NCBI GenBank assembly: GCA_002245135.1
Contig: NGBS01001174.1
Location: forward strand, 122,030-142,029
Origin: Proteromonas lacertae
Taxonomy: Eukaryota
DNA: 20,000 nucleotides
Reading direction: 5' to 3'
Part shown: positions 1 through 12,000 of the stretch, in pieces
Layout: every line of letters starts with the position of its first letter
Numbering within the stretch: position 1 is the stretch's first letter
Position numbers and translations under genes: made by a program
Notes under the pieces: model-generated
Seen by the model: only the letters and a program-made list of their open reading frames with translations
Database searches by the model: none
Told to the model about the DNA's origin: nothing

Positions 1-3000
1 TTGACAAGATACAGTGTAAAAACATCAGAAATTCAAGTAATAAGAACAAATATACAAGATTATATCAATTTGACTATATCATGGGGTGGATTAAGTTTTG
101 AATATAAAATTGGTGATTATATATCCAAGTTAGAATATGGTTTAAGATATATAACAAATACATCAAGTGTATTGGGTAATCCAATCAAAGTAGATTATTA
201 TCAATACAGTAATATAAGAGAATATCATATTAAATTCACTGGATTATGTGGACATTTAGGTTTAATAGAGGTAAAGTCTGAGATTACTAATATAAATAAC
301 TATATTGATGTATATTATAAACAAATTGGTGTGTGTGAAATTGTTCCAGGACAATATACAAAGGAAGTTCAAGCATTAACAATTAAAGGAAGTGGAACAA
401 TACAATTGGTATTTGAAGGAGAAGTAACTGAAGAAATTGATATTAAAGAGAATGATGATGAAGGAAATATGAGACAATTAGAAGAAAACTTAAAGAATTT
501 AACTACAATTCATTCATTGTATATAGAATTAAGAGACAGGAATGTTTATGAAGTTCATTTTACACATTTATCTCATGAATTAATAGCAAGGATATGGATC
601 ATTAACTCCAATATTATTATATGAGACTGTAGATGGAATAACATATAGAAATGACAAAATGATTTATGGTTCATTACCATTAACAATTACAATAGAGAAT
701 TTAGAGAATAATTATTATTATTGTCATGCAAGAGCCTATAATTCAGTAGGTAAAATCAGTGATTGGAGTAATACAGCTTCAATTGTATTATATCAAAAAC
801 CATCAAGTCCTTCTTATGTTAATGTTAATTATGGATTGAATTACAGTTTATTAGTTGTTATTGGTATTAGTGAAGATAATGGTGGTTCTGAAATATTATA
901 TTATGATTTGGTATATTACAATGAAAAAGGTAATTTCTGCAAACAGAATTTAACAATTACAAGTGGTTCAATATTAGATGATTTTAGTTTATACACAGAG
1001 AAACAAATGATTCAAATAAAGTCATTAGAAATGAGAGAATTAATAGTGTTGAGATTTAGAGGTGAAGATACAACATCAATTAGATTGTCAAATGATGTAG
1101 AAGAATTAAGTGAAAATATATACTTAGGTTTATCATATTTAACTACAATTGATGGAATAAAAGTAGAATGTGAAAAAGATACTAATGATACTCTGTTATA
1201 TAATTGTTATATTGAGTTTTTATCACAATTAGAAGATTTACCTTTAATAGAATGTGAACAATCATCATTTGTTCATATATTCCCAATAAGAGATGGTATT
1301 AGTCCAATTGGTGGAGTATTTAGTATTTGTCATTATCATAAAGACAAAGAAGGAGGTGAATACGATTGTACAAGAGAATTACCATATGATGTTACAGCTG
1401 AAAAGATGAAATATGAAATGGAATTATTAAATACAATTGATGAAGTTGATATTGTCAGAGTAAGAAATGGAAATGGTTATACTTGGTATATTACATTTGT
1501 GAATGATTATACAACAAAAGATGCTATTTATATTAAAGCATCACAGTTAACTGGACCAAATCTTCATATTAATGTTGATATAATGGAAATGAATACATGG
1601 GTTGATAGTGTTAATAGAATTCAAATACAACCACCAAATAATGAAAATAATTTACATCATTTTATTAGAGAATTTAGAAGTAAAACCTTATACAATATTA
1701 GTTCAAAGTGTTAATAAGTTTGGAAGAAGTAAAGCAACTTTAGGAATTGAAGATGGATTAATACCAAGAAATGTTCCAGAAATAGCCAACAATTGTTGAA
1801 GTTTTAACATTATCATCAAAGAAGATAAAAGTAACATTTAAAGCTCCAATTAGCGATAATGGATCACCAATAATTAAGTATTATATTGAATGGAGTACTG
1901 AGAATTTAGAAACATTAAAAACTGAACCAAATAGAGAAACCTTTACACAATTTGATCAAATAGAAGATGATGTTTATTTCTTCAATTTCCTTGTCAGTAC
2001 AAATAATACGTATTATGTAAGAGTAATAGCTGTGAATGATGCAGGAAATAGTTTACCATCAAAGACATTATCAACATATACAACTGATTTAGTACCAGGA
2101 AAACCAATTGTTGATTCTGTAGAAATATTATCTTATTATAAGATAATTATCAATTGGCATGAATCTGATGATAATACATCGATTAGATATGGTGGAAATG
2201 GTGGAATTCCATTAACCAAATTCATAGTAGATTGGGATGATAATTTAGATTACAGTAATCCACATACTTATGTAGTTGATTATAATCAAACATCCATATT
2301 AATAGGTAATACAGAATATGTTGCTGGTTCAGAAAGACCAAAACCATTTAGTAATCCAATTTATATTAGAGTATATTCAACTAATTCATTAGGTACAAGT
2401 AAACCATCTGATAGTTATATTGTTCCATTTAATGATACAGCTTTAATACCAAGTGGACCTTTGAATTTGACTGCTTCACCATCATCTACATACAGTTCAT
2501 TGGATATTTCATGGGAAAAACCATTAGCGGATGGTGGATTTACAATATCTGAGTTTGATATAGAATATTCACAATCACCAAGTTTTGAAAGAAGTGAATA
2601 TGTTACTGTTTATTCATCCTATGAAACTCACTTAATGGAAATTGAAAAACCAGTTGAATTAGAAACATTGTATTATGATGTACAAGTTCCAGTTTATACT
2701 CAATTGACTACAATTAGTACAGATTTGCCAGTAAACCAATCAGGATATTCAACAGTAAGTGTAGATTTACAAGGATTCCAACCCGATGAAACAATTCTAA
2801 GTATTGGTATAGGAAATAACGCATATAAGAATGATAGACAAACAACAGCAATCCATTTTGATATTGAAGGAAATCCAACTAAAGAGAAGATAATAGTAAA
2901 TACACAATATAAACCAACAATACAAAATATATCAATATATCCATCAACAAATAATAAAAATAGGACAATCAATGCTCATACATTATTTACATTATCATTT

Positions 3001-6000
3001 GATTATACAAATATAATTTCAAACGTATTTTATAAGAGAGATGTTAAATTAGCATTTTATTATGGAAGTGATGAAAAGGTATTATCGTCATTGTGGAATC
3101 ACGTTTTTAGATATGAAGATAATATAGTTGTAAATGTAAATGAAAATGAAAAAGGAGGTAAAGACTTTATTATTCATTATAATTTCGAAGGTTCTATTCC
3201 AATACCAACAATATCATTATCTGAAAAGAATAAAGATGTTGAATTTGAATCAAGTATAGAAAATATTGAAGAAGGATATTTTGTTGATTCTTTCAATATG
3301 ACAGTTATGTATGATAATGGAAAAGTAGTATCAGTTGAAATACCAAATTATAGAAAAAGAAGTGAATGGAATAACAACAATAATAATAATTTACCAATTG
3401 ATTTATTCACACCATTGTGTTTACAACAATCTGATTGTGATATTACATTGACATACAATAAAGAAAATAATGACAAATATTATTTAGGTGGATTTGTAAT
3501 AATGATAGAATATACTGGTTATTATGGCAAACATCCTTCCATTGCAACTATTACTAGTGATAAGAAAGAAATGATTACTATAAAACAGGAATTATTAGAA
3601 GAAGGACCAGATTCAAATGGTGATTTTAAATTGAAATATCAAGAATTTGAAACAGATAGTATTTCATTTTTACCAGTATTTAATGATACAGAAGGTCAAT
3701 TAGGATTAAAAGAAAGAGTGCAAGAACAATTAGATAAGTTATTTGGTGAAGGAAATATAGATGTAAAAATAACACCTCCCAATAGACAATTATCATTATC
3801 AATAATAGTTACATATATTGGAGAATCTTTAACAGGAAAACAAGATGAAATAACATTATCAAGTAGTAATTTCAAGCCAATAGTTAATATAACAGTAGAT
3901 ACAATATATGGAGGACATTTATCTGGTTCGTTTATCTTATCTTTACCAGAATTCCCAACAAAACAAATTGAATTTTATTTGAATGACACAATTGATGTTT
4001 TAGCTTATAAATTTGGTGAATTATATGGAGCACAAGGTATTTATAATACAATAACAGTATCAACAACAGTAGAAGATTCAAATATTGGATTACAAGCTTG
4101 GACAATAGAATTTAATGATAATGAAATGATAAAGAATGAAGATGGTAAATTAATGTGGGGTATATTATCAAAATATCATCAATTACTTCCAACAATTGTT
4201 AAAGGTCCAACATATACAATCAATAATGTTGATATTCAAGATGATACTGGTGTTGTTTTACATTATTCAAATCCTGGAACTGATCATTTATTAGGTTATT
4301 ATCGTTTATTACTTGATACAAGAGAATGTGTATTATGTGTTGATAAGAATATATATTATTCAAGAGATATATCAGTAGAAACAACAGCTGAAGAAATGAA
4401 AGTGATTTTAGAAGAATTACCAAATGTAGGAAGAGTAGAAGTAACAACAACAGAACCTAACAGATTTACTGGTTCAATTAAATACACAATCAGATTTGTA
4501 GAAGATATAGATGGTAGAAATCCAGGTAGTTTATCATCCAACAATAATAAAGAACCATTACAATTAGCATATGATAGAATAGAGAATTATAAAGATTTAG
4601 TAATAAAGACAGAATCATATGGATCTGCATTGTCTGGTTATTTCACATTGATTTTGTCTATAAATGATACTGACAGTTGTAGTATTAAGATCAATAACAA
4701 AGATTCATCCATTAGTTATATTCAACAATCTATATATGATAGTTGTGATTTTATTAGAAAAGTGAATGTATCTGAAGATTTATCAAAGATAAGTAATGGT
4801 GAAAGAGTTTATTTGTTTAGTTTTATAAGTAATTCCCTTTCTAGACCATATGGAAGTGGTACAGTTGATGTAATAGTTGATGAAGAAAATACAAATATTA
4901 CATACAATGATATTAAAGGAAATATTCATCAAGGAAACTTAACAATCACAACATCAACTACAAATGAAGGATTATTGAACCAACCTATTACATTAAAAGT
5001 AATATCAACGGATATTAAAACATTAATAACAGATGAAATAGAATCAGAATTAACAACATCATTCAATTCAATGAATAATAATAACTATTATAGAATCTAT
5101 GTAAATGCAACTCAAATAGGATGTGGTTGGAATGATGAACAATGTAATGGAAAATTAGGTGGATTAAGATTAACAATCATCTTTACAAAACAGCCAGGAA
5201 GTGCTTCAGCATATTCATATCCATATGGAACATGTATGGTTTCACCATATACAGAATTAATTGCAGAAGATACAAATATTGATATTACCAAACAGATTAT
5301 TAATGAATGTACTCATGAGTTTACCACATTGTATAAATTCCAAAGTGAATATAGTAATGGTAAGAAATCTAAAGAATATAGTTTGAATATATCAAATCCA
5401 TCATTTATTGCTTACAGTTTATTTGATTTAATGTCATATGGTGATGTGAGAGTAAATACAATTGATTCTGTTTTAACAACAGAAATTGAGAATATAAGAG
5501 GAGAAACAGCTAAAGAATCTAATATATTAACAGTTGATTCAGATAAATATGTAAATATTGGTTCAGTATTGGCTGTAGGTGATACAATCAGAATAGAAGG
5601 AGAATATAGTGATGAAGAAAATGCAAAACAATTAAATGGCACAAATGGTGATATATTATTATCAGAGAAAGCTGAGAATAATAGGAATATTATTACACTT
5701 GATTCAAACTATAGAAAATATATAACTGATGATGATACAGTAATGATAAATGATGCTGAATATGAAATTAAACATACATACACACCAAAACTAACAATCA
5801 ATATTTCATTAGAAGATCTAAAGGATTATTCTGTTGGTATTATATATGATGGAATTGACACTTTATGTTTATACAACCCATTGAATTCAACGTTATTATT
5901 AATGAAATTGAAAGAGTTACTATTTGATAGAGATATTGATTTAACACTTAAATATTATGAAGATAGTCACATTATATCATATACTATTCATTTCACTGAT

Positions 6001-9000
6001 CCTTATTTCTTTGAAGCTGATGAAAGTATCTTAGAAAGTATAAAGAATAATACAATGATATACAAATGTCCAAGATTTACAGTTACACAATTACAAACAC
6101 AAAAAGTGATAATTGATAAATTTATAGTTTCACCACATTTTATGATTAAATACAAATCAGAAATGTCATATTGTTTATCTTATGACCAAAATGAGTTAAT
6201 AATTAATACATTAAAATCGATGATGAATTTCACAAATGAAACATCGCAGTATGAATATAGTTATTCATACTTCAGAAAAGGAGTTGATACTTATTCAATT
6301 AACATAACTATCATATTCTATAATATGTCAATAAAAGAAAGTGAATTCAATAAAGATTTTAGTTTACTATCATGTAATGAGATTGTTACTTTTGATTATA
6401 GTTATAATAAATTGGTGCAAATTGAAGCTGGAGTTTTTGCTAATAGAAATCTTACAATTGAATATAATTCACATGAATATGTAATGGAGAAAGTGAATGT
6501 TAGTAGTGTTTATAAGATAATGAGTAAATTAATACCAAATGATGAATTATATATTGAAATATATAACGAAGATGATGAAGATGAAAATAAGAATAGTGAA
6601 ATTGAATTGATCATCAAATATGCCAGTAATTTACCAAAAGATAGTGATTTAGAAATGGAGTTTAAATTCAAACAGAATGATCAATATTTAGATACAAATA
6701 TAACTGAATATACTGATTTATATTATCTTGATTTTACTGGTATTCCAACATATTTAGCAAATTCTACAGATCATTCGCTTAAATCACCAAGTATTGAAGT
6801 TATAAATGAATATTTGAATATAAATATCATATTATCAACAATGAATGATAGAGCTTTGAGATATATTTATGAACCAAATGACAATAGTAATAACCATAGT
6901 ATAAAATCAAAATATTATATAGTAAATGATAATAAAATGGAAAGTGATAAATCATTTACATATTATAATATTGATACCTTGTTATTGCATATTAACATAA
7001 ATGAAGAAGAAGAATCGTTCTCATTAACTTACAATGGATATAGTACATTCTGTATTAATAAAAACAGTAATATGAATGACTTATATGTGAATTTATTGAA
7101 TTTGACATTTGTAGATGATCTAATGACTTACTCAACAAAAATAAATGAAATTCAATTAATCCATTCTAATATTATGAATATGATTGACTTTTCATTATTA
7201 TCAGTGAATTATTGTCCCAAATGTAAATAATAATACAATGACTATAAATAACGATGATTATACCATATTAGTATATGATGGAAAATACAGTAAACCATTA
7301 TCAGATGAAAGTGAAACAAAAGAATTCTTTAAGAATACAATTCAATTTGATAATATTACATTTAAAAGTAATTTGAATAATAATAATAATTCTATAACTA
7401 TAATAACAGATACAGAAAAGACTTTCCCTAATTCAATGATAATGAAGGAATTAGTTAAAGAAAAGACAATTGAACTTAACATTATTAGTAATTATAGAAA
7501 TAATATAGATAAATTGGAATTAGAGAATGTTTGTCCAATAGGAACAAAGAGAATTCAAGCAAAGTATAACAGAACTAATCCATTTAAATCATTTTTGTTC
7601 GGTGATCTTGGTTCTTGTATAACAAGTAGAAACAATTATTATGGTGTATCATCAGTATTTACAAACATATTTAACTTCCAAGTGTATGTAGATGTAAGAG
7701 AGAATGATAATATTGTTGATGTTTATTACATTGACACTAAATGCTACACTACTGAGAATTGTAAGATTAATAGTTTTGTTAGTTTCTTTGACAATAGTTA
7801 TTGTTTGAATGGAGATGATAATAATAAAATTAATTTTGATGAAGTTAAGATAATTGAAAAGAATAATTTAATTACTACAATCACTTGTCCATTGAATATT
7901 AAAGATACTTCTATATATAGAAAGACAAAATTATACACTATAACTGATATAAATATTGAAAGTAATTCAATCACTATAAATCCACCATATGTTGGAGATA
8001 AATACCAAGAATTGAAATTGTACAGAGAAACAGGTAAAAGATATCAAATATTCTATGAAAATATTGCTGAAGATATATTACCATTTACATGTAGAATAAC
8101 TAAAGATGGTGAAGAAACACTTTATCCAGTAATTACTGAATTAAATAATGGTTATTTACCTTTGAAATATACTCTTACTAATTTAGAACCAACAATATAT
8201 TATATCCATATTAGAACAGTAACAATATCTCCAGATGGAAATATTTACTTTAGTAATTATTGTCCATATATTACCAGTAAACCAATGACATTACCATATC
8301 CACCAACTAGTTTAACTGTAACAAGAACACCAAAGATTAGTGAAATACAGTCAATAACCTTAACAGCTAATTATAGACCAGAAATACAGAGATTGATAGT
8401 AAAAGCACCAATAATAAATGAAGTATATGTAATTCATGCATTTACTTATCCTGACAGAGTAATATCTGATATTGATTTGACTTATGCAATTAAGAATGTT
8501 ACTGGTAGTGAAACAGAAGTGAATTTATATTCACATTTCTATAGAATTGTCTTAGTTGGTTTGAATAATGAATTATCAAATGGAACAATAGGATTTTATG
8601 AAAGTAGTACAGGAAAAACTTTTAATTTAGATATGAATGAACCAAGAAGGATAATGACAATGGATGGATGTAATCAATTTAGAGAAATCTATGAAAATAC
8701 AACTTATATTTACACATTTGTATGTTTAATAGATAGTAATTATGTATTAACATTTAATAAAACAAAAGATGAAGAAACAAAAGGAAATAATTTAAATGTA
8801 ACAGCATCTTTTATTACTGATTACAAACCAATAAATAAACCATATGAAATGTCATCATATCAATTACAAGAAGTATTAGAAAATGCACCAACAGTAGGAA
8901 AGGTGAATGTAATCAGAAGTAATAATTCAACATCAAGTTCTGTGTATTATACAATAACATTTACATCTGAACCAACTCATATTGAATGTGTTGCAAGTGA

Positions 9001-12000
9001 TAATACAACAGAAACACAATGTAATACATTTGTACAAGAGAAAATCAATAGTATTGAAGGTACTTTAAGAATATTATTTAAGAATACATATTGTGATGTA
9101 ATATATCCACCAACTGAAGAAGATATTGAAGATTGTTTCAAATACAAGTTTGATGTTGATGTTGAAGTTAATTTGGCCTATAATTTGAATAATACTAGAA
9201 TGTGGGATATTAAATTCATTGAAAATTCATTCAATTATGAAGAAATAAGATGTAACTTAACAGATTTGTTTGGTTATAAAGTCAGTTATGAAATTGAAAC
9301 ACTTCAAAATGGTAATGAAATAGGAGGTAATTTCTATTTGTTATATAACCAAATGATTTCTAAATCAATTCCATACAATGCTACAGCTGATGAAATGAAA
9401 GAAATTATCGAATCATTTGATGGTATTGATGATGTATTAGTAAGAAACATTTCAATAGGTGCAGAAGGTGGAACTGAATGGTTAATTACATTTATTAGTG
9501 AAAATCAAGAACCAAAGGATGTAGAGTTATTACAATATATTGATAATGAATTAACAGGTGATAATGCACATATTCATATAAGAGAGATAAGAAAAGGAGC
9601 TGTTGATTCTCCACGTAGTTTGTTAGTATCATTTGAACCTCCATCTGTTTATAGTGGATTGCCAATATTAGGTTATAAATTGAAATACGATACAACTCCT
9701 CTTTATACAAGTGATAATACTAATACAGTCGACTATAATGATGTTAATTTCTTGTACTATGATCAAACAATAGAAATAAGTGTAAATCAGGATATGAGTA
9801 ATTTATTATATGATGCTATTGATATTAATAACAATAATGATGAAATTACATTGTGTTTATTAAAGGAACAAACATATCAATTAGTGTATGATGAATATAT
9901 CTCAGATCCAATATCATTAGGAAGTGAAATTAGAGAAATGAGAAGTGTTATTGAATCAATACCAGTAATAAAAGCAGTTTCAATAACTAGAATACCATAT
10001 TACATTAGTATTGGAGAAGTTGAATTTGAAGAAAGAAGTATAAGAAGCACTAGTAGTAGCAATAATGGTGAAATCGTGTTTAATATAAGAACTCCAATTG
10101 ATATTTATATAAATGGTAGAAAGTATTGCTTATTAGGTAAGTATTATGAGAATATTACAGATTGTTATAATCAAGGATATCCAACAGAAGGAAAACAGAA
10201 TGTTCAAGTAGTACAATCTTATACATACAATATACACTTGGAGAATGTAGCAAAATATAGCACATTTGAAATACGACATAATAGTGAACCTAAATGTTCA
10301 ATTCATGTAACAAGTGAAAAATGTAATGGATGTATAATTATTAGTAATGTAATTACTGGATATGATCATTATTTAAGTCTTTCTGCATATAATGAGTTAG
10401 GAGAAAGTGAATATGTTTCAGTTAATGAACCAATCATACCATGTGAAGTATCAGGTGCTCCAGTTGATGTTAACTTTGTTATAGTAAACAGTACATCATT
10501 AGAATTGAGATGGAAAGAACCAATTTATACAGGTGGAAAACCAATATTATATTATGTAGTAGAAATATCATCAATATCTGATTTTAAAGTGATTGAAGAA
10601 CAACATACAGTTTATCCATTACAAGGATATAGATATATATTCAGTGATTTAGCTCCAAGTACAAGTTATTATGGAAGAGTATTAGCAGCAAATGAAGTAG
10701 AATTTGATAATAATGAACATTGGGGTTATACATTAGATTTAGTCAAAACACAAGATGTTGTACCAGAAGTAGTAAATGGAGCTTCAATCTCATTCTTAAA
10801 TCCAAACACGATAAGATTATTAATACAAGAACCATTATCAAATGGTGGAAAATCAGTAGAATCTTATGTTATACAATATGGATTATCAATTGATAATTTG
10901 AATAACAGTTATGAATATGATGTAAGAAGTGATGATGTAGAAAGAGTTCCAAATATTGAAACACCAAGTGTAGATGAATATATTATAGATATAAGTAGTT
11001 TAGAGGAAGGAAAGACATATTATTTCAAAGTAGCAGCAAAGAATGAAATAGGTGAAAGTGAATATATAACTACAACTCCTAGTTATTTAAAACTACCAAA
11101 GATATTAGATTATCAATATGATATTACAGTAAAATCAAAATCAGTATCAAATAGTGATATTGAAAGTTTTATAACAATATACAATCCAAATAAAAATAAT
11201 GAAATTGATCATTTGAAGTTAATAATGTATGAAAGAGATCAACCATCATTTACAATTGATGAATTATACTTTGAGAATAAGAGCAGATTGGCTTTATCAG
11301 AGAGTTATACATTAACATATTATCTGAATGAAGTATATAATGTAACATTTAAATATGATACAAAACCATTTGAAATAAGAAAGATGCTATTGGAGAATAT
11401 GCCAGAATTAGAAAATGTTGAAGTTGTAAAGAAATTCACATTAAATTCAATAACATTAACAATAACATATAGAACTCATTTATGTATGAGATTATTGACA
11501 GTAATACCACCAACAGATGATTCTTATATAATTAACTACAGAAGAATACAGAATGGTATTGATTCAAATGGTCAAAATGAAAGACAAGTTTTGTATGTGA
11601 ATAAATATATGAATAGTAATACATTTAGACCATACTTATTAAGAGATAATAATGAAAAGATTTACAGTTCATATATACCAATAAATAAAGATTGTAATAA
11701 AATGATTAAAGATATTGAATGGAGTTATAACTTATTACCAAATATTGGAAGAGTGAAAGTTGTTAAAACAACACAAATGAATGATAGTTGCAAATATTTA
11801 ATAGATTTTATATCATCTTTTGATGATGTTGAAAAAGTGTATATTGAATATCATATAATAGATAATGAAGATGTTGATGGATTTACTTGTGATGGAAGAT
11901 ATGATGATAATGGAGAAGAATACAAGAAAGAATGTATTGAATCATTACCAGGTACATTACCACCAGGTTATAGAGAATTTGAAATTCCTTCAACAAATGT

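Noticed and set aside
544..586. Possible GT..AATAG intron (43 or 34 nt) that would fix the first frame break
   Set aside because: The donors (GTTTAT, GTTCAT) do not match the local GTAT(A/G)T consensus, the segment is less AT-extreme than the real introns, and splicing would delete all or most of the YEVHF repeat strand.
7222..7235. AAA-TAA at a +1 break, resembling Euplotes-type programmed +1 frameshifting
   Set aside because: The other three breaks lack this motif. At ~1665 and ~1785 the FN3 consensus requires the shift well upstream of the stop codon. An extra C in CCC explains this site.
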